Below, piece by piece: positions 22,128 through 31,915 of a stretch of 64,000 nt of DNA. Position 1 is the first letter of the stretch; each line of letters opens with the position of its first letter. A model generated the notes under the pieces. It saw nothing but the letters and a program-made list of their open reading frames with translations, had not been told where the DNA came from and ran no database searches. A program made the position numbers and the translations under genes. Source of the DNA: Candidatus Moraniibacteriota bacterium (GTDB taxonomy: Bacteria > Patescibacteriota > Minisyncoccia > Moranbacterales > UBA1568); NCBI GenBank assembly GCA_023261695.1, contig JAHFON010000003.1, positions 6,682 through 70,681 on the forward strand, read 5' to 3'.

Positions 22128-22185
22128 CGTGTTGAAAAAATGAATGTGTTATAATGCAGATAACCTAATTTTTTCACTAAATATT

Positions 22186-22770
22186 ATGCAAGATGTCAGC
22201 CAAGACGTTTCCGCGCCGGCGCCGAAAAAGAAATTGGGCATTGTCAAATGGGCGCTGATTGTCGGTATCGCGGTCGTGATAAATCTCTTTTTGGTTTACC
22301 TGGTGGACTCTATACGCAAGGAGCCTGGATATACGGATTTTTGTCCGGAGCGTCAGGTAAATCGGATGATTGAATCAGAGGCGGAATGTTTGAAAGTTGG
22401 CGGGCAATGGAACGAAAGCGCGGATGTAAGAATACAAAAAACGCCGGAGCAGTCTTTTCCCGCGCCTGCCGTTCCTAGCTATTGCGATCCTGATTACACT
22501 TGCCGCAAACAACACGAAGACGCGCTGAAAATATATAACCGCAACGTGTTTGTGATATTTGTGATCGCGGGGATTATGCTTTTGATTGCCGGCGTGTACG
22601 CGGGAGGGACTGAAGCGGTGTCATTGGGACTTTCTTTCGGCGGGGTGATCGCTTTAATTTACGGTTCAGGGCGCTATTGGTCGGATATGAACGATATTTT
22701 AAGAGTCATTGTTTTAGGTATGGCGCTGGTAGCTCTTATATATGTGGCGTGGAAAAAATTCCAAGATTAG
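22186..22770 (+). CDS. Hypothetical membrane protein
   Basis: TM, Cys-containing loop, then 3 TM; extended -10 TGtTATAAT at 22147-22155. Confidence 0.7.
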   Translation: MQDVSQDVSAPAPKKKLGIVKWALIVGIAVVINLFLVYLVDSIRKEPGYTDFCPERQVNRMIESEAECLKVGGQWNESADVRIQKTPEQSFPAPAVPSYCDPDYTCRKQHEDALKIYNRNVFVIFVIAGIMLLIAGVYAGGTEAVSLGLSFGGVIALIYGSGRYWSDMNDILRVIVLGMALVALIYVAWKKFQD

Positions 22771-22782
22771 CATTATTTTGTT

Positions 22783-24087
22783 ATGAAATTGTGGGATAAA
22801 ATTTTAACCTTGGAAAAATTCCAAAAGAAAAATACACTCCCTGATTTACCCGGAGTGTATTTTTTCTTGGGCGCGAAAAAAGAATTGCTCTACATCGGCA
22901 AGGCGACGATTCTTCGCGATCGGGTAAAAAGTTATTTCTCTCATAATGTTCTGGCTACGCGCGGACCCAAAATCGGGCGAATGCTGGAACTGACGCGTTT
23001 TGTCGCTTATCGGACGGCGGATTCCGTGTTGGAAGCGTTTATCTTGGAGACGAACTTGATCAAGCAATATCAGCCGCCGCACAATACTTCCGCTAAAGAT
23101 GACAAGAGTTTCAATTACGTCGTAATCACTCGGGAAAAATATCCGCGAGTGCTGGTCAAAAGGGGACGGGATATTCTTCATTCCCATCAAACGTTGGAAA
23201 CCGGTCGGGAGTATCAGAAAATATTCGGCCCTTTTGCTTCAGGTGGCGCGCTTCGCGAAGCGCTGAAAATCGTGCGCAAAATTTTCCCTTTCAGAGACAA
23301 ATGCGCGCCGTATGAGGAATGGTTCCTCAAACAAAAAATCAAAACGCGCGGCGGACAAAATAGCGGTGGTGCCGGCGCGCCGTGTTTTATGGCGCAGATC
23401 GGATTGTGTCCGGGTGTTTGCGAGGGAACGATTACCGCGCGCGAATATCAGCGGACGATTCGTAATATCATTATGTTTTTTGAAGGACGTAAAAATCAGC
23501 TTTTGAAAAAACTGGAACGTGAAATGCAAACGTCTGCGAAGAATTTGGAATTTGAACGGGCGGGTGAAATCAAAAAAACCTTGTTTGCTTTGCGGCACAT
23601 TCGTGACACGGCGTTGATCAAAAATGAATCAGGAATTTTGACAGGAAGAATTGAAGCCTATGATGTGGCGCATCTGGCGGGGACCGCGAGTGTCGGCGCG
23701 CTGGTCGTGGTGCAAAATGGTTTGGCGGACACGAGCCAGTATCGGAAATTCAAATTGCGGCGTAAACATCATGGCAACGACTTGACGGCTTTGCAGGAAA
23801 TTCTGGAGCGCCGCTTGAAGCATACGGAGTGGCCTTTGCCAGATATCATCGTGGTAGACGGAGCGGATCTGCAGATCGGCGCGGCCAAGCAGGCACTTTT
23901 GACTTCGGGTCTCACGATTCCGCTTATCGGGGTGGTGAAAGATGCCAAGCATCAGCCGGAGCGTTTGATGGGAGAGGAGAAGCTCACGAAACGTTTCCAG
24001 AAGGCCATTCTTCTGGCAAATAGCGAAGCGCATCGTTTTGCCATTACTTTTCACCGCCATCGCAGAAAAAAAGAGTTTTTACCATAG
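22783..24087 (+). CDS. uvrC: Excinuclease ABC subunit C (short form, no C-terminal HhH)
   Basis: GIY-YIG (GVYFF...YIGKA), UVR motif (LEFERA), RNase H-like RIEAYDVAH...PDIIVVDG, EAHRFAITFHR. Confidence 0.9.
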   Translation: MKLWDKILTLEKFQKKNTLPDLPGVYFFLGAKKELLYIGKATILRDRVKSYFSHNVLATRGPKIGRMLELTRFVAYRTADSVLEAFILETNLIKQYQPPHNTSAKDDKSFNYVVITREKYPRVLVKRGRDILHSHQTLETGREYQKIFGPFASGGALREALKIVRKIFPFRDKCAPYEEWFLKQKIKTRGGQNSGGAGAPCFMAQIGLCPGVCEGTITAREYQRTIRNIIMFFEGRKNQLLKKLEREMQTSAKNLEFERAGEIKKTLFALRHIRDTALIKNESGILTGRIEAYDVAHLAGTASVGALVVVQNGLADTSQYRKFKLRRKHHGNDLTALQEILERRLKHTEWPLPDIIVVDGADLQIGAAKQALLTSGLTIPLIGVVKDAKHQPERLMGEEKLTKRFQKAILLANSEAHRFAITFHRHRRKKEFLP

Positions 24088-24108
24088 TCGCTTAAAAAGG
24101 CGCGCCGC

Positions 24109-24138
24109 TTGACAAAATGGGCAGTTTTAGCGTAATAT
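24109..24138 (+). promoter_or_regulatory. sigma70-type promoter of the HD/radical SAM operon
   Basis: TTGACA-N18-TAATAT; SD AAGGAG at 24203-24208. Confidence 0.55.
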
Positions 24139-24216
24139 AAAACGTCATACCAGTGACGTTAAATTCTGGTAAGAACTTTGACAATTCAAGCAAAATTTAA
24201 GAAAGGAGAAAGGCGG

Positions 24217-25722
24217 ATGAACAAATTCGTGAATTATCTCGATCCGACTGTCCCGGTTGAGGAACGTCTGCGATGGGCATTCGATGAGTTACGGCTGTCA
24301 AATGATCAGCGGGAAGGCGTCGTTGCCTTTCTGCACCCACTCAAAGTCAAAGATCGTGCCACTTATGAACACAGTATTAGAGTGGGGTTGCTGGCTCGTC
24401 GCATTGCTCGCTTCATGCATCTTGATGAGAGGGCACTGCTCTATGCTGGCTTACTTCATGACACAGGAAAGTGTCAGACCTGGTTGGGAACACTTCAAAA
24501 GACTGAAGGCTGGACACCTGCCGATACAGAGGAAATCAAACAACATGTTCTTGATGGCCACCGACTAATTCATGGTCATTTTGATTTCACTGCAGAGGTT
24601 ATCCTTTGGCACCACCGTTTTCAGGCTGGCGGTTATCCAAAAAAAATGCCTGCGCCATTGCATGAATACAGCGAGGGAACTAAGACGATGATCGCTTTCT
24701 ATGGTCGTATTCTGGCGCTGGCTGACTGTTTCGATGCACTGCATCGGGTCAATGACAAGTTTGGCGCGCTTACCGGTGAGCAGGTAGAGGAAAAGATGAT
24801 CGCGCTCAATCGTGATCAGCGGGTTTTGGTCGAGGAGTTGTACAATGCCGGCGTTCTCACTACCTATGTGGTCAGTGAAGAACTGGCAATCCTGCAACCG
24901 CTCGATATTCACGATCAGCTGTACCTGCAAATCTGGGAGCGACAGCAGTCAGCACGGACAGTCGATGAGACAATTCGTGGTATCGTGCTGGCGACCGCAT
25001 TGGAACCATTATCCGACAAGGCAGGCTGCACCACCCGACACCGCAATCTGAATCGCTGGCAAAAGCTTGAGTACTTTATCGCAGCGGCGATAAATATTGG
25101 AGATGCGTTTCGCGACCTTCTTACTGCAATCGGTAGTAGTCGGCGACAAATGCCAACCATCTACCAATACGCTTTAGCGGCGCAGAAGGAGAGCAAACGT
25201 AACCGTCGTGGCGGTCGTGTGAACCATGGCATTATTGAGTTGCTGTTGCCCGTCGTGGTGGCACAGCACGTGTATGACATGGAACGACAACTCACGGCAG
25301 AGGAAGTTCTTACCAAAGCCGTTGAGGTGCTCAAGCAAACATCTGCGGATGATATCCGTTATCTCCGCGAGATGAAGCGATTTGCGTTTGACCTTAGTGG
25401 CTATTTCGATCGTCCTGTACCGGAGTGTTCGACGGCTCATACCGTATTTGAGTACTACGAACAAGACTTGGGTACCTCAACCAAACAAACTGGCATTGCT
25501 CATAATTCCGAGTTTGTGAAGGGGTTCCCAACGGTGGCAGCTGTTTACATGGCAATGTGTAAGTGTCAGCTTCCTGAACTGAACAGCAAAACAGAAGAAG
25601 CTTACCAGAGAGCGGCTGCTTTGCATCACGGTGATGTGGCGAGCGGTTTTTTGGCTGACTGTGTGGCTGTTGGGTTGTATCTGCAGCTGTCACATAATCC
25701 GAAGTGTAAACTCGTATCTTGA
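24217..25722 (+). CDS. HD-GYP-type phosphohydrolase fused to a CitG-like (triphosphoribosyl-dephospho-CoA synthase-like) domain
   Basis: N-terminus HSIRV..LLHDTGK..QH..WHHRFQAGGYP..LADCFDAL. C-terminus ALEPLSDKAGCTTR..YFIAAA..GGRVNHGIIELLLP..SGFLADCVAVGLYL, resembling CitG motifs LEv..KPG.V / NT..G..LLL.P / PG..ADl.a..lf. Confidence 0.65.
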   Translation: MNKFVNYLDPTVPVEERLRWAFDELRLSNDQREGVVAFLHPLKVKDRATYEHSIRVGLLARRIARFMHLDERALLYAGLLHDTGKCQTWLGTLQKTEGWTPADTEEIKQHVLDGHRLIHGHFDFTAEVILWHHRFQAGGYPKKMPAPLHEYSEGTKTMIAFYGRILALADCFDALHRVNDKFGALTGEQVEEKMIALNRDQRVLVEELYNAGVLTTYVVSEELAILQPLDIHDQLYLQIWERQQSARTVDETIRGIVLATALEPLSDKAGCTTRHRNLNRWQKLEYFIAAAINIGDAFRDLLTAIGSSRRQMPTIYQYALAAQKESKRNRRGGRVNHGIIELLLPVVVAQHVYDMERQLTAEEVLTKAVEVLKQTSADDIRYLREMKRFAFDLSGYFDRPVPECSTAHTVFEYYEQDLGTSTKQTGIAHNSEFVKGFPTVAAVYMAMCKCQLPELNSKTEEAYQRAAALHHGDVASGFLADCVAVGLYLQLSHNPKCKLVS

Positions 25723-25733
25723 AGGGAGATTCA

Positions 25734-27335
25734 ATGCAAACCAAGCGACATATCCAATTCTGGACAATCGCTGAGTCGGAGCCTTCAACACACGAAGACC
25801 TGGAAGAAGGTGTTGGCCCGTACCTTTTGGCCACGATGGCCAAAAGGGCGGGTTACACTGTTTCTTCTTACCAAGCCAGTCAATATGGCTGTGACGCAAA
25901 AGCGATAGTTACTCAGATAAAAACTGACTTGCCGGATATTCTGGCACTCAGCATTTTTTCTGGCGGCATCCATCTCCTTCGTGAAGTTCTAGGTAAGGTT
26001 GATAACGCCCTTCCTGTGATGATCGGAGGGCCCGGAGCAACCAGTGAACCAGCGCGCGTTCTGTCAGAGATCGGCACTTCGCGACAACCAATAGGACCAG
26101 TTGCCCTGGTACAGTCGGAGGGAGAAAGTGCCTTTGCAGCACTCCTCGCAAGTGAACCAGGACAATGGGGTACGATTCCGCAGTGTTGGCGATTGAGCCA
26201 TGATGGGAAAATCCTGTCTGGACAGTTCGGTGCACTGCGTGACCTGGATGAAAAACCGCTGGTTGATCTGTCTTCCAGCGTCATGCGGCGTAAGTGTGAA
26301 GGTGTTTTCCGAGATGATGCGATGCCGTTGCAACAAAGGATTCGTGCCATTCAGGCACTGCAACACTGCTACGTTGAAACTCGCCGTGGGTGTTTTTTCA
26401 AGTGCGAGTTCTGTAGCGAACCGCAACTTACCGTGAAGGGTGTCAGAAAAACATCGCCTGCACGGGCAATTCAAGAGGTGCAGCATCTCTTTGAGAATTT
26501 CGGCATCACGTTCTTCAACTACGCTGATAATATCGCCTTTGATGACGAAGTGTGGTGGCGAACATACGCTGAACTCCTGCAACAACTTCCGTACCATCAC
26601 CTGATCCAGTTTGGCGGTTACGGTACGCCAAAGTTTTTCAGTAAGAAGATGTGGTTTTCGGAAACACTGCCTCTGCTGTGTAGGGCTGGTCTCTGCTTCG
26701 TTACGCTGGGCGTCCAATCGGGATCGCGACGAATTTTGAAAGACATCATCCACCGTCCACCCGATGATCCTGAGAAGGCCATGGAAGTTGTGCGTCAATG
26801 TGCCCCACTAGGATTGAATGTTAAAACAGACTTCATCGTGGGTCATCCCACCGAAACAATTGATGATCTAAAGATGACTCATCGCTGGGTCAGGCAGCTG
26901 TATAACGCTGGAGCACAGGTTTTTGTTCGAAGATTAGGTATCGTTCCCAAATCGGGTTATGATTTCCGCCTTCGTGACAACTTCTACACCCCGCCTGCTC
27001 ATAGTGAGGAGTCAGAAGGTGTTATAACTGACATTCTCTGGTACCACAGCAGAAAGGATAACTGGCTGAAGGCTGTTGCTAACACGCAACCAAATCTGTT
27101 CTTGATTGATCGGGAACAACACACGTTGTTTCCGAAGCCCCGATACGATATGACTACACTTTTGACTGACGCCAAGAAAGTGGTCTATCTACCGGAGCCG
27201 CTCCGAGAGCGATTCACGACACTCTTCGAGTTGGTTATTAGACTGAAATCGTGGCCGTCCCGGTCCCGTGGGAATAACATCTCGCGGGACTTTTTTATTT
27301 TCTTCTCGTCAACCTTTTTGAATTTCGGCGAGTAG
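25734..27335 (+). CDS. Cobalamin-binding radical SAM protein
   Basis: B12-binding Rossmann domain (DILALS..VMIGGPGAT..SEGE), TRRGCFFKCEFC (CxxxCxxC), LGVQSGS, FIVGHPTET; SD GGGAG. Confidence 0.88.
   Translation: MQTKRHIQFWTIAESEPSTHEDLEEGVGPYLLATMAKRAGYTVSSYQASQYGCDAKAIVTQIKTDLPDILALSIFSGGIHLLREVLGKVDNALPVMIGGPGATSEPARVLSEIGTSRQPIGPVALVQSEGESAFAALLASEPGQWGTIPQCWRLSHDGKILSGQFGALRDLDEKPLVDLSSSVMRRKCEGVFRDDAMPLQQRIRAIQALQHCYVETRRGCFFKCEFCSEPQLTVKGVRKTSPARAIQEVQHLFENFGITFFNYADNIAFDDEVWWRTYAELLQQLPYHHLIQFGGYGTPKFFSKKMWFSETLPLLCRAGLCFVTLGVQSGSRRILKDIIHRPPDDPEKAMEVVRQCAPLGLNVKTDFIVGHPTETIDDLKMTHRWVRQLYNAGAQVFVRRLGIVPKSGYDFRLRDNFYTPPAHSEESEGVITDILWYHSRKDNWLKAVANTQPNLFLIDREQHTLFPKPRYDMTTLLTDAKKVVYLPEPLRERFTTLFELVIRLKSWPSRSRGNNISRDFFIFFSSTFLNFGE
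27263..27300 (+). terminator. Intrinsic terminator-like hairpin inside the radical SAM ORF tail
   Basis: GTCCCGTGGGA-ataaca-TCTCGCGGGAC followed by TTTTTTATTT. Confidence 0.65.
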
Positions 27336-27740
27336 GTAAAAATTGGGGAGTTTGAGGGGAAAATTTTTTGCCCGCGAGCGAAATTACCGCCGCCCGAGCG
27401 TCAGCTGGCGGCGGGTTAGCGTTTGTTTTGGAAATAGGTTCTAACTTGGTACAATAGAGACACAAATAAATAGTTTTTTTGTGCTGTAATTATACACCTC
27501 GTGCGCCATCAGTTCCGTTCAAAGTAGGTTCGGATTTCGTCAAATAAACGCACTATCTAAATAGTACTCCTTTTTGGAATGCTATTTTCAATAATTTGAG
27601 CGGGAGGAATGAGAAGGGCGCGAGTAGAAAGCGAGCAAGCAATCTCTCACTGAAGCTATACAAGCCTCTTTACACCGCGCGAAAAAGAATGTATGCTGGG
27701 AGACAATTGCGTTTTCTTTGTCAGCAGACTTTCCATAACT

Positions 27741-30539
27741 ATGCCGGGAAAAAAATCGGTTATTGAAATTCGCGGCGCGCGCGTCAACAATCTGAAAAAC
27801 GTGAACGTGGACATTCCGCGTGACGCTCTTGTGGTGATCACCGGACTTTCCGGTTCCGGAAAATCTTCTTTGGCTTTTGATACTTTGTTCGCGGAGGCCA
27901 ATCGGCGCTATGTGGAATCGCTTTCTTCGTACGCGCGCAATTTTCTGGACAATCTGGATAAACCGGATGTGGATGCGATTCACAATCTCTCACCGGCCAT
28001 TTCTATTGATCAGAAGAGTGTGTCGCGCAGTCCGCGTTCCACCGTCGGCACAATGACGGAAGTTTATGATTATCTGCGAGTGCTGTTTGCCAAACTCGGT
28101 GTGCCGCATTGTCCTGTGTGCGGCAAGCGTCTGACAAGAAAGAGCGCGCGCGAAATACTGGACGAGATTTTGCGTTTACCTGATGAGACGGCGCTGATTT
28201 TTACGGCTTATAATCCGACCTTGGTTGGAAAAACTGAAACTGAAGCGCTGGTCTCCATTGGCGGTTTAGGTTACGCGCGGGTGTTTTTTCGCGGAACTTT
28301 GTTGACGGTTGCCGAAGCCTCTGCCTTGGCTTCTCCCGTGAAAGTTTCCAAGGTAGAAATTGTTATTGATCGTCTGACTCTGGATTTCTCTCGCCTCGAC
28401 AAGGAGCGTATATTGGATTCTGTGCAGACGGCTTTTCACGTGGGGCAGGGAACATTTGTATTGCGCGTTCCTGCCACCGGCGAAGAGCGTTTTTATAATG
28501 AAGAGTACCTCTGTGAAAAATGCGGCGTGCATTTGCCGGAATTTACGCCGCGGCATTTTTCTTTCAATAATCCTGAAGGGGCCTGCGAGCAATGCGCCGG
28601 CCTTGGCGTAACATTGAAATTTGATCCGGAGCTCATCATTCCCAATAAAAATCTCTCGCTCTCCGAGGGGGCGATCCGTCCTTGGAGCAAAACCAACGGT
28701 GATCGCCATACCGGACAGGGGACGATGCAGTGGCTTCGCGAAGCCAGCCGCCAACACAAGTTTTCGCTGGACGTGCCGGTGAAAAAACTTTCTGCCAAAC
28801 ATTTGAATCTTATATTGTACGGAGAACGCGATGAACGCCAAGACGCTTTTCCGGGAGTCGTGGCACTGCTTCAAAAGAAATACCGTGAGACTAAATCCGA
28901 CCACTCACGTGCCGATATTGAGGCGTATATGTTGGTTAAAATCTGTTCGCTTTGCGAAGGCAGACGTCTGAAAGCCTCGGCGCGGGCCGTGAAGTTGGAA
29001 GGGTTTTCCATCAGTGATCTGACGCGCCAAAGCGTGGCGGCATTTTTGGAAACGCTGAAAGTTTTGCGCGAAAAATTATTGAAGACGGAGAAGTTGAAAA
29101 TTCTTGATCCTTTGTTTCGCGAGATGTCTATGCGTCTGCACGCGGTGGAAAAAGTGGGTTTGGGATATCTGGAACTCTCTCGCGGCGCCGACACTCTTTC
29201 TGGCGGAGAAGCCCAGCGTATACGTCTGTCGGTGCAGATGAAATCCGGGCTCTCGGGCATCATTTATGTTTTGGATGAACCGACCATCGGATTGCACAGC
29301 CGTGACACGGAAAGATTGATCAATGCGCTGGAAGATTTGCGCCGCGCCAATAATTCGCTGGTGGTGGTGGAACACGACGTTGCGATTATGCGTCGGGCGG
29401 ACTATATCATTGATATGGGTCCGGGGGCTGGCAGTAACGGCGGAGAGGTTATTTTCGCGGGCACGCCGAATATGCTTACGCATTCCAAACTTCTGACGGG
29501 GCAATATCTCTCCGGCAAGCGCGTTTTATCCGAAAAGAAACAATCGCGGCGCTTGAGCGAAGCGGCGATTACTATCTGCGGCGCGACCGAGCACAATCTG
29601 AAAAATATTGACGTAACGATTCCTCTGGGTATGCTGGTGGCGGTTTCCGGTGTTTCTGGTTCAGGGAAATCCAGTTTGGTGCATAATATTCTTTCCCGCG
29701 CTTTGTCCAAATATTTCTATCGTGCCAAACTTGAGCCGGGAGCGCATAAAAAAATCACCGGACTTTCCAATCTGGACAAAGTGATCACTGTCACCCAAGA
29801 TCCGATAGGCCGGACGCCGCGCTCCAATGCCGCGACATATACGGGGGTGTTTAGTTTGATCCGCGACTTGTTCGCGGAAACGATTGAAGCGGAGCGTGAT
29901 AAATATTCAGCCAGCCATTTTAGTTTCAATATGCGCGGCGGCCGCTGTGAAGCATGTCAGGGCGGCGGGTTGAAAAAAATTGAAATGTATCTTTTGCCGG
30001 ATGTTTACGTGCCGTGCGAAGTTTGCCAAGGAACGCGGTATAATGCCAAGACGCTGGCCATTGAATATCGCGGAATGAATATTGCCGACGTGTTGCGTAT
30101 GACGATAGCGGACGCGCGGAAATTTTTTCTGGATCAGCCGCTGATTGAAGAGAAATTGCGCGTTTTGGAAGAAGTCGGTCTCGGGTATCTCGTGTTGGGT
30201 CAGAGCGCGACCAATCTTTCCGGCGGAGAAGCCCAACGTATCAAACTGGCGACGGAACTTGCGCGCAAATCAACGGGCAAGACGCTCTATATTCTGGACG
30301 AGCCGACAATCGGTCTGCATTTTGAAGATGTGCGGCGTTTGTTTGAGGTGTTGGAGGCTCTGGTGGCGAAGGGGAACAGCGTGCTGGTCGTGGAGCACAA
30401 TATTGACGTGATTCGTTATGCCGATTGGGTGTTGGAGCTTGGTCCGGAGGGCGGCGAGCAGGGCGGCGAACTTATTTTCTCCGGCAGTCCCGCGAAATTA
30501 AAAACTTGCGCGCGTTCTTTCACGGCAAAGTATTTGTAA
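27741..30539 (+). CDS. uvrA: Excinuclease ABC subunit A (copy 2, insertion domain present)
   Basis: [19 protein letters not shown], two LSGGEAQR signatures, [11 protein letters not shown] insertion domain. Confidence 0.93.
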   Translation: MPGKKSVIEIRGARVNNLKNVNVDIPRDALVVITGLSGSGKSSLAFDTLFAEANRRYVESLSSYARNFLDNLDKPDVDAIHNLSPAISIDQKSVSRSPRSTVGTMTEVYDYLRVLFAKLGVPHCPVCGKRLTRKSAREILDEILRLPDETALIFTAYNPTLVGKTETEALVSIGGLGYARVFFRGTLLTVAEASALASPVKVSKVEIVIDRLTLDFSRLDKERILDSVQTAFHVGQGTFVLRVPATGEERFYNEEYLCEKCGVHLPEFTPRHFSFNNPEGACEQCAGLGVTLKFDPELIIPNKNLSLSEGAIRPWSKTNGDRHTGQGTMQWLREASRQHKFSLDVPVKKLSAKHLNLILYGERDERQDAFPGVVALLQKKYRETKSDHSRADIEAYMLVKICSLCEGRRLKASARAVKLEGFSISDLTRQSVAAFLETLKVLREKLLKTEKLKILDPLFREMSMRLHAVEKVGLGYLELSRGADTLSGGEAQRIRLSVQMKSGLSGIIYVLDEPTIGLHSRDTERLINALEDLRRANNSLVVVEHDVAIMRRADYIIDMGPGAGSNGGEVIFAGTPNMLTHSKLLTGQYLSGKRVLSEKKQSRRLSEAAITICGATEHNLKNIDVTIPLGMLVAVSGVSGSGKSSLVHNILSRALSKYFYRAKLEPGAHKKITGLSNLDKVITVTQDPIGRTPRSNAATYTGVFSLIRDLFAETIEAERDKYSASHFSFNMRGGRCEACQGGGLKKIEMYLLPDVYVPCEVCQGTRYNAKTLAIEYRGMNIADVLRMTIADARKFFLDQPLIEEKLRVLEEVGLGYLVLGQSATNLSGGEAQRIKLATELARKSTGKTLYILDEPTIGLHFEDVRRLFEVLEALVAKGNSVLVVEHNIDVIRYADWVLELGPEGGEQGGELIFSGSPAKLKTCARSFTAKYL

Positions 30540-30547
30540 AGAAATCT

Positions 30548-31468
30548 ATGTCCTACCATTTGGGAAAAAATATCCTGGCGACGGTGACGTATTATGATGT
30601 TTTGGATATGCCGCTTTCGGCATTTGAGATTTGGAAACATTTGCTTGTACAGGAGGTTTCGCAAGTGACGCGCGAACCGATTACGCTCAGACAGGTTTTT
30701 GGATCGTTTGCGTCGGATACGCTCAATTCCAAGGTTAGTCATAAAAACGGATTTTATTTTTTGCGCGGACGCGATGATCTGGTGACCCGGCGCATTCGAG
30801 CGGAAAAAATCTCCGTTGGGAAACTGAAACGTATCCGGCGTCTGGCGCGGTGGCTTGTGTACATCCCATACGTCAGAATGCTGGGCGCTACCGGCAGTCT
30901 GGCTATGAAAAACGGCGAACACGAGAGCGATTGGGACATATTTGTTGTTTTGCGTTCGGGAAAAATTTGGAGCGGGCGGACGATGCTGACGGGGTTTCTT
31001 CACCTGATAGGCAAGAGACGGCATCATGGCAAAATACAAGATCGCGTGTGCCTCAATTATTTTGTGACGGATGACAATCTGGAGATAGGCACCAAGGATT
31101 TGTTTTCCGCTCACGAGTACAGTTTTTTGATCCCGCTGTGGAATTTTCCGCTGTTTCAAATTTTTGAATTGAAGAATCGTTGGATACGAGATTACTATCC
31201 GAATTTTACTCCGACGACACTGCCCAGCCTCTGGACATTGAAAAATAGTCCGCCTGCGCGACATATTCAAAAAATACTGGAAAGAGTTTTTGACCTGCCC
31301 AATCTGGAGCGATGGCTGGCTGGCTGGCAGAAGGAAAAAATTTTCCGCAATCCCAAAACGCACATTGAAGGGAGCCTGATTGAGGCTAGTGATCGAGCCT
31401 TGATTTTCTTGCCCCGCCCGCGTGGTCCGCGCGTCTTCCAAAAATTCAAGGAACGTTTGAATGTTTGA
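30548..31468 (+). CDS. Putative nucleotidyltransferase-domain protein
   Basis: GSLA....ESDWDIFV (GS..DxD Pol-beta superfamily motif); start at ATG 30548. Confidence 0.6.
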   Translation: MSYHLGKNILATVTYYDVLDMPLSAFEIWKHLLVQEVSQVTREPITLRQVFGSFASDTLNSKVSHKNGFYFLRGRDDLVTRRIRAEKISVGKLKRIRRLARWLVYIPYVRMLGATGSLAMKNGEHESDWDIFVVLRSGKIWSGRTMLTGFLHLIGKRRHHGKIQDRVCLNYFVTDDNLEIGTKDLFSAHEYSFLIPLWNFPLFQIFELKNRWIRDYYPNFTPTTLPSLWTLKNSPPARHIQKILERVFDLPNLERWLAGWQKEKIFRNPKTHIEGSLIEASDRALIFLPRPRGPRVFQKFKERLNV

Positions 31469-31508
31469 GATCAATCCGATCTGGCTTCAAAAGTTAAAAT
31501 GAGAAACC

Positions 31509-31536
31509 AAAAACCGCTCCACCAATGGAGCGGTTT
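31509..31536. terminator. Hairpin terminator between convergent genes
   Basis: AAACCGCTCCA-ccaa-TGGAGCGGTTT. Confidence 0.75.
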
Positions 31537-31557
31537 AGATAGGTATCGGCGCTTAAA

Positions 31558-31755
31558 TTAGACGCGAGATACACCGGTGGCCGCGGGTCCTTTTTCACCT
31601 TCTGTAACTTCGAAAGTTACGGCATCGCCGACTTTGAGTTCATCGAAAGTAACACCTACGAGCTCTTTGGAGTGGAAGAAAAGATCCTTCGCCTCGCCAT
31701 CGCGAGAGATGAATCCGAAACCACGGTCCGTGAGCGTTTTGATTGTTCCGTTCAT
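31558..31755 (-). CDS. Cold-shock domain protein
   Basis: RGFGFI (RNP1), DLFFH (RNP2), KGPAA. Confidence 0.95.
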   Translation of the reverse strand: MNGTIKTLTDRGFGFISRDGEAKDLFFHSKELVGVTFDELKVGDAVTFEVTEGEKGPAATGVSRV

Positions 31756-31915
31756 AGTTTTTACTATTGCTGCTTAAATTGAAAGTTTTAGAAATCCGAC
31801 TACATTTCCTCTGTTTCATCTTCCACTCTACCGCTGAATTCCGAATCAGTCAAGCGATAGAACGGAGTAGTTTTTTATGGTATAATGACACAGTAAAACA
31901 AAACCAAAAATTGCA

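Noticed and set aside
27560-27700. tRNA or other RNA gene before the second uvrA
   Set aside because: No cloverleaf, T-loop or CCA pattern was found; I found no tRNA or rRNA gene anywhere in the window.
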